DNA of 64,000 nt, taken from Paraspadella gotoi (taxonomy: Eukaryota; Animalia; Chaetognatha). The DNA lies in NCBI GenBank assembly GCA_051294375.1, contig CM119263.1, positions 24,529,649 to 24,593,648 on the forward strand, in the 5' to 3' direction. Of the stretch, positions 12,808-23,440 are shown one piece after another. The position numbers and the translations under genes are program-made. Each line of letters begins with the position of its first letter. Within the stretch, counting starts at the first letter, position 1. The notes beneath the pieces are model-generated. The model made no database searches, was not told the origin of the DNA, and saw nothing but the letters and a program-made list of their open reading frames with translations.

Positions 12808-15780
12808 CTGTACATGAAGGGATTTTTCCTTTCTTTTTTCAAATGATCAAACTGTGGCAACAGCCGGGTTGCCTGTGAAGCCCATCGGGATGGGGCATCT
12901 CACAGTTGGCTTTGGGGGCTTCCCGCAGAGACGCCTCCAGTCACTGGCGCGGTTACCCTAGGACGGTCTCGCTTTGCCAACACAGAGGGAAGTCGTTAGG
13001 ACTGTGGATGGAACACTACGCCACAAAACATCCTTTTTTCCTTGGCCCAATATTAGACGAGCATTGAGCATTGCTACTCTCCCCATAGCCTAGAAACACA
13101 ACAAATGAAACATAGCCGGTCAAATGTCATAAAGCAATCCGCCATACTATGCTATGGCCCATAGCAAATCTTATAATCTTATAGCAAATTATAATATGGT
13201 TTGTAACAGCAGATGTACACTAACTAAATGGGTTTGAACTTAAACTGCCACGAATCACCCAGGCCGCCAAACTGGGACTTTACCACATTTCCCCCCCACA
13301 CTCGAACACACTCGACCTTAAGGGCGGAATGCCTGTAATCCAACCAATATGTAAAGCGCGACCCGATCCCCTTGACGTGGACGAGTCCTCGTGGTTGAAT
13401 CTCCAATCGCGGATCGTCTTTAATTTTCTCCTTCGTTTCCTCCGATATTTGAATCATCATTGCTTCCCCCGTGCTCTCCATGCGAGAGGCCAGATTCATG
13501 GTCTCCCCAATGTAAGTGTACTTGGGCACTACGCTGCCCAGGAGACCCGCGACGACGGTGCCCGAGTGAATCCCGAAGCGCATGGGGATCTCCTGATCGG
13601 AGAATCGCACCCAATCAAAATCCTTGACCACTTTCCGCATGAAGAGCGCCAACAGAGCCAGATACGCGTGAGGATTTTCGCTGAGGCGAAGGTCCATCGG
13701 TCTCGTGGATACGATGTACATGTCGCCGATGGTCTCCATCTTGTAGAGCCGTTTGGAGAAGAAGGAGACGACGGTGTCGAAATCGCCGAAGAGTTTGTTC
13801 AGCATCGGAACCAACCGGTCGGTCGGAATCGAACTCGTCAGCGGCGTGATGTTGTAGATCTTCGCGTACAGGATGCTCACGTTATCGAAAGTCACCGACG
13901 GGACGGGCCTGCTCTCGAGGAGCAAGTTGGCCACGTTCTCTGGCAGCATTTCGTTGAGCAAGAACTCCATTTTGTTCTGCTCCTTCCGTATGTCCTCCGT
14001 CTGAACTTTGATCTGCTCCTCCAAGGCCGCGTTGTAGTGCTTGAGTCGGTCCAGGAGGGAATTCTTGGTGCAGCCGAAGACGTCGACGCGTCCCACGACG
14101 TCGAGAACCTTTTTGATAGAGGGGCGTATCTCGGGCCGCTCCGCCCAACATTGCTCCGCCAAATTCATGATTAGGCGGACTTTGTTGGGAACGTTGACGA
14201 GCTTATTGAAGACGGGTCGAAAGACTGGATCGGTGGGTTCCTCGATTTTTTTAATTTTCTGTTCGTCGGTGACTTCGGAATAGCTTCCCGAGTAATACGT
14301 CTCCTCTTGTTGAAACAGCTCGTGGAGGATGATGCCGTAGCTGTACACGTCTCCTGTATTTTTTTGAAATGGGGCACTCGTTTGGCATAATTTCTTGTTT
14401 CAGTATTTTAATTTTTTAGATTTTTGTAATAATAAATATATATATATATGGTTTTATTGATTTTATTTTTTAGTTTTATTTATATTTTTTAATTTATCAC
14501 TTTTTATTTATCTAAAGATAGCAATATCTATCCATAGAGTATTGGTATTGCCATGTCATTCATCACTCCTGTTAGAAATAGACACATAATTTAAAACTTT
14601 AAAAAATCGTACTTTGTAATACTCAGACTTAGAGGAAAATTATTTGAATAATAATATTGTGCAATTCCTCTCGACTTCAGCAACGAGATTTTAAAATCTC
14701 GTTGCTGAAGTCTAAAAAACTTTTCGTTTTACTTCAAATTGAATAATAATATAATAAATAAATAAATGTATAAATAAATAACTAATAAATTCGCTTGGCA
14801 AGAAAGCTAGTAGGGTAAGATTAAAAGGGTATTCAAAATATATATTTACCTTCAAAAGTTCCTTTCGGAAAGGGAACGGGCCTCACGTGTCTGACCCTGA
14901 GAAGCTCGGGCGCAACCCACAGCAATCGTTTGTCGTATCGCTTGGCCACCAATTTCTTCCCGCTTTTCTTCTCTTTCGAGTGAGTCCAATCCTGATCGTC
15001 CAAATCCGCGGGATCCCACCAGGGCGTTTCCAACTGGTGCGGAGCGAATCCGGATAATCGAACCAAGAATCTGCTGTTTATCAAACAGTTCGTCGATCTC
15101 AGTTTTCCGTGAGGAGTTTTCACGTAATTGTGAAGATAATTCAAAGCTTTGGCCACGTCCAAGCTCATGGACAATCGAAAATCGGAATCGGGCTCGTAAG
15201 AAGCGTTGTTGAGAGCGTCCCATATGCTTCCTCTCGGGCAATACTCGGTGATGATGAAGTACGGAGAATGTTCGACGAACACTCCCACGAAGGGAACTAT
15301 GAAATCCGACGAAAACTCTTTGACTTGAGCGATGTCTTTTAATTTTACGATTTCCATGCTTTTCTTCAGCTTTGGCCTCTCCTTTAGAGCCACCTTTTGA
15401 TACATGAATGAATGAATGAATGAATAAAGGAATGAATAAATAAATGAATGAAGAAATGAATGAAGGAATGAATGAATGAAGGAATGAATGAAGGAATGAA
15501 TGAATGAAGGAATGAATGAATGAAGGAATGAATGAAGGAATGAATGAATGAATGAATGAATGAATGAAGGAATGAATGAATGAATGAATGAAGGAATGAA
15601 TGAATGAAAGAATGAATGAATGAATGAATAAATGAATGAATGAATGAATGAAGGAATTATTGAATGAATGAATGAATGATGGAATGAATGAATGAATGAA
15701 TGAATGAATGAATGAATGAATGAATGAATGAATGAATAACATTAAAATATATAATTGTCAAATCATGACTAAATAAACAA

Positions 15781-15842
<62 letters not shown>

Positions 15843-17944
15843 CCGTATCTTTTCAGCGCCAAAGAGTCTCTCTTGCAACAATTCAATTCTTCCCAACGCC
15901 AGTTTCGAAACGATCCTTACCTTGACATTATTGTAAACCGCAGTGGCGACGAAGTCGCCTTCGCCCTCCGGCTGCGGAGAGGCGTTGACCGACATGCTCC
16001 AAGTTTGTCGCTCGAACAAGTCGAGGCCGAGATCCCTCTGGGTCGACTTCGCGCTCTTCGATCGCGGCCAAAAGTTGACCTTTTTGAGGGCGTTGCTCGG
16101 GATGACCCAAACGATTTTCTTGCGTTGGCCCCGTTCACGAAAAATCGAGAGGACGACGACGAAGACGAAGAAGACGACGAGGATCGTCGTCAAGCAATAC
16201 TTCCACGCCGGGCAGTTGGCGTCGCCGATGCCGCAAACCGGTCGGTCGGGCGGCCACTTGGATAGATGGTTGAAAAAGCCTCGACTCTTCCAAAGCGAGA
16301 ACGGGATGGAAGAGTTCACGAGCTGACGGCGGAATGGATGTTGATCGTCCCGAAGGACAGGCAGCATCTTGAAGCGGATGGAGACCCGGAATTCGTCCTC
16401 GAATCTGTCATACGCCATCAGGACGAGATCGTCCACTACGTCTCCGTTACTCGTCACCATCGTCGTCGATTCGTCCTCGTGGGTCGTCACAGTTTTCGTT
16501 TTCAAAGGGTGGGTCCCACTCTCGGATCCGTTATGCTAAACAGCGAAATGACAGGGGAATCTAATCAGGAGATTGATTTGCAACGGATTTAGTTATTTTT
16601 TTTTTGTTTTGTTTTTTTTTGTGACGGTTCAATCATGATTATTGGGTGACCGCGATAAAGACTGGACTTAATAAAGAAAGTACCCAGAATACGTCGAAAA
16701 AACTCATATGTCAACACTAATAATTTATGCGTAATTTTTCAAAGGAAGTTACCGTTGGTGTAAAATAAAAAAAATCTCCCGCAATTTGATGGAACCAAGC
16801 TCCGAATTGAAGGTCGTGACCTGAAAAAAAAAAAAAAAACCAAAAACAAAAACCAAAAAAATAACTGGAACGTTTCGTACGTTAAACTTTTTGGACTTTT
16901 TCTACTAGCGTTAAAAAAACACAATGATGGTAAATAACATCAATAGACAGACAAGACTCAAACATGACAATACCGACATGATGAAAATGAACAACATGAC
17001 TTAGACCTATCTACTCAATTGAATTTACCGTTATACTTTTCCGTGCGCCTCTCTATCTCTAAATCGTACTGGCTCCAAAATAGAGCGAATGCGCAGACGA
17101 AGTTGGCGCTCTCCTGCGCGTACCAGGACCATCCTTCCAAGTTTCCCTTGCGTTTGCTGTACGATCGCGGGTCGTAGGTGACGTGCATAAAGTTTCCGTA
17201 CTTTTCCAAGTGGGCTTGTCGATCCAGGTAATTTGTGTAATTTGTAATGACATACTTCTCCCAGGGGTAGACGATGTTAAGGTTGTCACGTGCGATTAGC
17301 ACGTCGATGAAGACGTACTCTCCGCGATCCATAAAGCCGGCCTCCAAGGCCACGTCGAGGACCATGTCCGTAAAGTTCGGAAATCCGCAGATGAAAATGA
17401 CGCCGTACTCGGCGCCGACGAAATTCCCGTCGAGAAGCGTCCTCTTTATATTTTTATTTAGAGGTTCGTTTAAGGCCGAATTGCTCATTTTCAGCTTGTA
17501 ATTATTTGCCCGAGCGATTTCCCCGGTATCTTTAAAGATTTCTAGGCATTGATTGAAGAAGACGTACTTGTCTTTCACCCGCGCGTACTTCTCCAACTCT
17601 TCCGGAAAGAGAAAAGCGGCCCGGTGCCACTCGAATCTTTTCAGGATGTCGAACACGATCCGGGCCATGTTGTTGTTGCCGGGAAGGAGGTTGAAGCAGC
17701 GGGGGCAGCCGATTGGCTCGTTGGAACGAGGGCGTCCGCAGTCCGGCGTCGAGGATACGAGAATCCCATCGTCGTCGCCGAAATCACGTTAGGGTCGAGG
17801 AGGTTGAGTTCGCGAGCGCCGCCGACTCCACCAGGGGCCAACGACTGGCTGGGATCACTATCTGGCAATTAACACAACCGTCATGTTTTCCGTACCAGGG
17901 ATTCTTGAGGAGACGACCTGCTCGAGGAGGAAGGGGACTGAAGT
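12538..17944 (-). CDS. Receptor-type (membrane) guanylate cyclase-like gene, ~1150 aa recoverable. Exons on minus strand: 17944-17029, 16820-16753, 16535-15921, 15393-14850, 14353-13317, 12807-12538. 5' end/signal peptide unresolved.
   Basis: GT-AG junctions with matching phases (1,0,0,1,0) join ORFs encoding the ectodomain, TM, kinase-homology domain (VALK, HGKLRSTNC, WVAPE, GDVYSYGII), coiled coil and class III cyclase (ETIGD, GIHSG, NLASRMES). Confidence 0.93.
13317..14353 (-). CDS. rGC exon: end of kinase-homology domain, dimerisation coiled coil and guanylate cyclase-type catalytic domain
   Basis: GDVYSYGIILHE, CWAERPEIRP, LLNEMLPENVA, YKMETIGDMY, RFGIHSGTVVAG, NLASRMESTG, RGLVHVKGIG..TYWL. 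The donor at 13317 (AAG|gtcgag) is inferred from phase match to the last exon. Confidence 0.95.
14673..14712. other. Perfect 40-bp palindrome in rGC intron
   Basis: gacttcagcaacgagattttaaaatctcgttgctgaagtc equals its own reverse complement. Confidence 0.95.
14850..15393 (-). CDS. rGC exon: kinase-homology (pseudokinase) domain
   Basis: VALK...ITEYCPRGS...YLH...HGKLRSTNCLI...LLWVAPELLR. No HRD Asp; DFG position reads GFA. Donor GAAG|gtaaat. Confidence 0.95.
15405..15737. repeat. (GAAT)n microsatellite in rGC intron
   Basis: About 330 nt of imperfect gaat repeats. It produces the spurious FIHS-repeat ORF. Confidence 0.95.
15921..16535 (-). CDS. rGC exon: end of ectodomain, juxtamembrane Cys pair, transmembrane helix, start of kinase-homology domain
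   Basis: WPPDRPVCGIGDANC followed by hydrophobic YCLTTILVVFFVFVVVLSIF and basic RERGQRKK. Acceptor gctgtttag, donor AAG|gtaagg. Confidence 0.92.
16753..16820 (-). CDS. rGC 68-nt exon (GHDLQFGAWFHQIAGDFFYFTPT)
   Basis: Strong acceptor (t)n-cag and donor ACG|gtaact. It converts phase 1 to phase 0, exactly as the flanking exons require. This reading frame is not listed in the ORF track. Confidence 0.8.
17029..17944 (-). CDS. rGC exon: N-terminal part of the ANF-receptor/periplasmic-binding-type ectodomain (frameshifted at ~17790-17870)
   Basis: ARIVFDILKRFEWHRAAFLF and VIFICGFPNFTDMVLDVALEAGFMDRGEYVFIDV resemble natriuretic-peptide-receptor ectodomains. Acceptor ttcttatttttctag, donor AACG|gtaaat. 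The frame is clean only from 17788 to 17029. Confidence 0.8.
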
Positions 17945-18075
17945 CTAGAAAAATAAGAAAACTAAGAAACTAAGTTTATAACGAAATAATGATGATTTTT
18001 GTCCCGAATCAGAGATTTTAGCCTAACTCATTTAATTAAAAAAATAAAATAAAATAAATTTAAAGCAGTGCTGAC

Positions 18076-18250
18076 CTTTGGGGCGGGTTGCCAAAGATTC
18101 GGTGAACGTATGCGCTGTCCCAGGTCAAGCAGAGTCTCTTATGATTGACCAAGAGCGTTTTTTCTGTTTGTAAGATAGTATTTCTGGGAGAAGTTGACCG
18201 CGCGGCCGCGCAACTGAACGAGGTTTTTTAGTTGTTGTTAGTTGTTACAA
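18076..18250 (-). CDS. Candidate upstream rGC exon (frame ambiguous)
   Basis: Bounded by acceptor ttttataaccgcag and donor AAG|gtcagc, and more GC-rich than its flanks. No fully open frame, and the region appears error-prone. Confidence 0.3.
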
Positions 18251-18786
18251 CTGCGGTTATAAAAATTTCTAATTTTATGCAAGCTTTAAGTTTAACTTTT
18301 AAAATGGATAAGAGATAAGAGAAGAGAAGAGATTGATAATCTTCTTATAATAATTTATACTATGTGCTATGGGGGCACGAATAAAACGAAACTTGGAAAA
18401 AAACATTATACCATGATCGAAAACAAAAAATTGTCATTGTCTTTTGGCCGGTAAATAAAAAGATTCTTTCTCAAAAGTTATAAAAATATTTAATGCATAC
18501 AAAAATAAATACTTATAAAAGAGGTTGTCTCTACCTGTTTTCCCTACCTATTATTGTTAATATTAATTATTATATCTCTTAGTCTTACATGATGTTTCTT
18601 ATCTGATTTGGGGCAAAAAAAATAGTTCTGGCAAGCAGTTAAAAAGATTGATCCTTATAAAGTAAACCCAGGCTTATGTTGTTGCTGCATAATGTGTATT
18701 AGTAGAAATGGAAAAAGATAAAAAAAGAAGGAAGCTTTTTTTTGACAACTAATTTTCTTTTGTATGGAACTATTGTATTTTTGTCG

Positions 18787-19250
18787 TTATCTTGTAAGAG
18801 TGATGGAGGCCTTAAACCACCAAAGCCTGTCCAAAGTCAGGGGCAAGATAGCTTATTTATTAAAATGAATGGATAATTTTTATATTGGTTTGTACCAATT
18901 TCATAAAATTCAGCTCCTTGTATTTTGATGCTAGTGCGGAAGTACAATAAGTATTCCCCGATCTAATACTTAAGGGAGTGGTCTTTTCATACAAATTGAA
19001 ACATTCTTTGAATATTATACCACTTCATTGATAGGGAAGCCAGGTACTCTGGGAGTGAATAAACGAGACTGTGAGAGAGATCTTGATTGAAAGCTTGCAG
19101 GGACCTGCTATGTTCATTATCTTGTAAGAGTGATCGGAGGCCTTAAACCACACAAAGCTGTCCACAAGTCAGGGGCAAGATACCTTAGTTAAATGGAATT
19201 TTTATTAAATGAATGGATAATTTTTATATTGGTTGTACCAATTTCATAAA
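18787..19250 (-). repeat. Dispersed repeat family A, partial tandem (18787-18907 short copy plus 18924-19250 long copy)
   Basis: Both segments end in ...gtaccaatttcataaa and are reverse complements of copy 1. The long copy carries scattered small indels. Confidence 0.9.
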
Positions 19251-20371
19251 TGAATCACAGCGACAGTAACCGCGACAATTTTATTTTCCATTATAGTTCA
19301 TGGTACTTATTTTAGGAATGCTATTATTAAATGCTAGTATTAAACAAAGAACATGCAGATTTTAAGGAGAAAGAAACGTTTACTCTCACCTCTTCAATGA
19401 TGTAATGAAGGGTAAAAGGATATTTCAGCTCTCGTGTGGCGTAAACTGTGAGCACGGCCAATACTTGATTGTCTTCAACCGATTCATCGCACGCGGTCTC
19501 GTCACCGTGTGTCGTCGTAAGAAAAGCGCCGGCCCGAATGCGAGCCAAAAGCGACGCCGCGGCGAGTAAAACGGGTAATGCCGGTCCGAACANNNNNNNN
19601 NNNNNNNNNNNNNNNNNNNNNNNNNNNNNNNNNNNNNNNNNNNNNNNNNNNNNNNNNNNNNNNNNNNNNNNNNNNNNNNNNNNNNNNNNNNNNNNNNNNN
19701 NNNNNNNNNNNNNNNNNNNNNNNNNNNNNNNNNNNNNNNNNNNNNNNNNNNNNNNNNNNNNNNGTCTCCGAGAACGAGCCGTTCTCTAAGATCAGAATCT
19801 ATGTAATCAAAGCTTCGTTACTTCGTTACTTCGTTATCGATTTTTGTCTCGGAGTGGGAGAATAGGGCGGAGGGTAGAGATCGTAAGATAAGAGGAAAGT
19901 TTAAAAAGTAAAAATGGAGAAATAGAGAGGGAGATATGTGGACTCCTTCTCGCTCTCGCTNNNNNNNNNNNNNNNNNNNNNNNNNNNNNNNNNNNNNNNN
20001 NNNNNNNNNNNNNNNNNNNNNNNNNNNNNNNNNNNNNNNNNNNNNNNNNNNNNNNNNNNNNNNNNNNNNNNNNNNNNNNNNNNNNNNNNNNNNNNNNNNN
20101 NNNNNNNNNNNNNNNNNNNNNNNNNNNNNNNNNNNNNNNNNCTAAATTAAAATGAGAAATAAAAAGAATCTGGAACCGAATGACGCGAGTAAAACATCCG
20201 GGGGCGACAAGTATTTAATTGGTTTATCGTCTTCTCCGAAAAAAAACGAAGAGAAAAACGAAAAGATTGAAATTTGAATTTTTATTTTCGGATATGAGAT
20301 TTTCGAGAAAAACAATGGGAAGGGAGAGAGAGAAAAAAAAATTCCATTTTTACGCTTTTTCGCCCTGGAAT

Positions 20372-20412
<41 letters not shown>

Positions 20413-22210
20413 AACGACGACGACGACGACGACGATGAAAAATAACAAAAAGAAGAAGAAGAAAAAAAAACAAAAGATGGTGAAAACCCGGCCGTCGACG
20501 ACGACGACGAGGTGAACGAAAAATGCAAATGGCGACCCTCATAAAAATTCCAACGGAAAATTAAGACGAAGGAATCTTTTCGGCGAAAAAAGGGAGAAAA
20601 CCGGAAGGGAAGAACGTTAATTCAAATTAAGGGGTCACGACAGTGACAGGCGAGACTCCCGGGAGAGGGGCGACGGAGGTGGCGTGGGGGGTGGGTAGGG
20701 TAGCGGTAGCGGTAGGATAAGAAGAGGCGGGTGAGCGGGTGGAACTCGGGGATTAAGGATCGAAAGGGGAAATGGATTCAAAGGGAGAATAGAGAAAAAT
20801 TAGGCGAAAGGAAAGGAAAGGAAGATCGTTTTAGGTTTTAGTGTAAAGGGGAAAAAAAGGATGGCACGATTCGGGGAAAAGGAGATGGGGGGGGTGGAGT
20901 TACCGCTCCACGGAAAAGCCCTGAGTGTAACAGATGATTTTTTGATGCCGGAACGATGCCAGCAACGCTTTACGCCTCCCGACGCTTAAAGGGGAAAACT
21001 CGACGATCCATAATAATCAAGAGGCGGGACTTTAACCATCTTTAATCTTTGCAAGTTCGGGGTTTCTCCCTGGAGTTGGTTGGGAAAGGGGGACTGTTGG
21101 AGAGGGACTTGGGGAAGAGCCAGGTTTTCCTTATCACCCCATCGACCAATCCATCTCTTTTTATAAGCCTCTGATCATCAACAATATATTTTTAGATCGG
21201 GGTGTGAGTAAAAAAATAAAAAAGTAAAAAAAAATCGGTTTATGAATTATCGACGCCAAAATGGCGGGAGATAGTTTTTGTAACGAAATTTATTAAATAT
21301 GTAATTATTTTGAAATATAATATATAAAGTACCGACGCAGATAGAACAGGCCGTCTCAAAACTGAAGTAAAGTAACGATGTTAAAATTTTTGGAAAAACG
21401 ATAAAAAAATGAGCGTCAATCATCAACCACCAAAAAATGTTTATAAATCGATATTTTGTTCAGTTGTTAAATTAAAATCACAAGTATTTATTTTCGATAG
21501 GCTCGAAGTTACTTTCGAAAATCGAACCAAAGCAATCAAATTTTTTCATAAGTATTTTAATTGTTTATCCGTCATATTTTTATTTTTATCACAATGTTTA
21601 TCACAACGTTACCACTTCACAACCCCCCAATCCCCAAATCATTTCCTTCCATCTCCTTCCATCTCCTTCCATCTCCTTCCATCGCACCCATCCTCGAAAA
21701 CCTCGAGCCGGTCTCCACTCTCGACGCCCAAGACAAAAGACTTCATCATTTTCAATCTCTTTTTTTTTGTGTGTGTGTGTGTGTGTGTGAGGAGTGGAGG
21801 TGTGGGGATGGATGGATGGGTGGGGGAAACTCGAGAGCCGGGTCGGGAAACGACGATGGGCGGGCGCCGACTTGTTAGCTCCGAGACCCCCCTCGCTTCG
21901 AAATTGGGACGGGTAATAAATTTTCTAGGTTGGAAAAAAAAATTGAATTATGGGTAATAATGGTGAAATATAAGGAGTATGAGGATAGAGAGATAAAGAG
22001 GGGGAGAGGGGGNNNNNNNNNNNNNNNNNNNNNNNNNNNNNNNNNNNNNNNNNNNNNNNNNNNNNNNNNNNNNNNNNNNNNNNNNNNNNNNNNNNNNNNN
22101 NNNNNNNNNNNNNNNNNNNNNNNNNNNNNNNNNNNNNNNNNNNNNNNNNNNNNNNNNNNNNNNNNNNNNNNNNNNNNNNNNNNNNNNNNNNNNNNNNNNN
22201 NNNNNNNNNN

Positions 22211-22245
<35 letters not shown>

Positions 22246-23400
22246 GAAAGTAAAATTTTCGTGAGAGGTGAGAGGTCGACAATCTAAAAAACGATCTTTC
22301 GTTTTTAATAATATATTAAATCGCATATGAGTTTCGTTTTCAAGTATTGAATTAGTCAAATTCTCACAATATCGNNNNNNNNNNNNNNNNNNNNNNNNNN
22401 NNNNNNNNNNNNNNNNNNNNNNNNNNNNNNNNNNNNNNNNNNNNNNNNNNNNNNNNNNNNNNNNNNNNNNNNNNNNNNNNNNNNNNNNNNNNNNNNNNNN
22501 NNNNNNNNNNNNNNNNNNNNNNNNNNNNNNNNNNNNNNNNNNNNNNNNNNNNNNNNNNNNNNNNNNNNNNNNNNNNNNNNNNNNNNNNNNNNNNNNNNNN
22601 NNNNNNNNNNNNNNNNNNNNNNNNNNNNNNNNNNNNNNNNNNNNNNNNNNNNNNNNNNNNNNNNNNNNNNNNNNNNNNNNNNNNNNNNNNNNAGTGGCCG
22701 GGGGGAAATTCGAGTTATGGAATAAGCGAAGAAAAAAGAGAAGAGAAAGGCGGCGAGAAAATGGGAAAGAAAGAAAATAAGCGAGAAAAGAAGCGGGAAA
22801 ACACAATTCCATCCCGGTCGACGGAAAGAGTCGAGGCGAGACGCTAAGTAAGAGTCGACGCAATAAGAAACCTTTTACCTTTCCGAGTTGCGCCGCCGCC
22901 GCCGCCGCCGCCGCCGCCTCAAATGGGAAAATCCGCTTCCTCGCCGCCGCCGCCGCCGCTGCCTCCGCCACTGAAGAGTCAAGACCGCGACCAGGGAACA
23001 CTTTTTAAAACGAATCGCTCGCTTGCTGTAATTGCAATGGGACTCCCAAAGTCAGACATGTTTTCGCAGGAGGAAAGGAGAAAAGATGATAGGGGAGTGA
23101 GGAAAGAGGAAAGGTTAAGATTAAGGAAAGGGAATGAAGAAAGATAAAGATAAATAAGATAGTGAGGGAAAGAGAAAGAAGATTATATTATCGAGTGTAT
23201 GAAAGTAACAAATAGAGAAAGAGCGTTTGGAAAACATTCCAAACCCAGAGGCCCAAACGCACCGTACGAACGCAATGAAGCTGAACTTTATTTGTGGAAG
23301 AGGAAAGAGAAGCTAGACGGAGGAGGAAGAGGATCAAACTAGAAGATTTAAATCAACCGAAGGTGGAGAGAGAGAGAAGTAGAGAGAGAGAAGAGAAGAG

Positions 23401-23440
<40 letters not shown>

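Noticed and set aside
13329-14174. 281-aa plus-strand ORF (and other + ORFs over 15109-17973)
   Set aside because: Antisense shadows of GC3-rich rGC exons, with no recognisable features.
14852-15742. 296-aa ORF with FIHS repeats
   Set aside because: Translation of the intronic (GAAT)n tract running into an off-frame of the kinase-homology exon.
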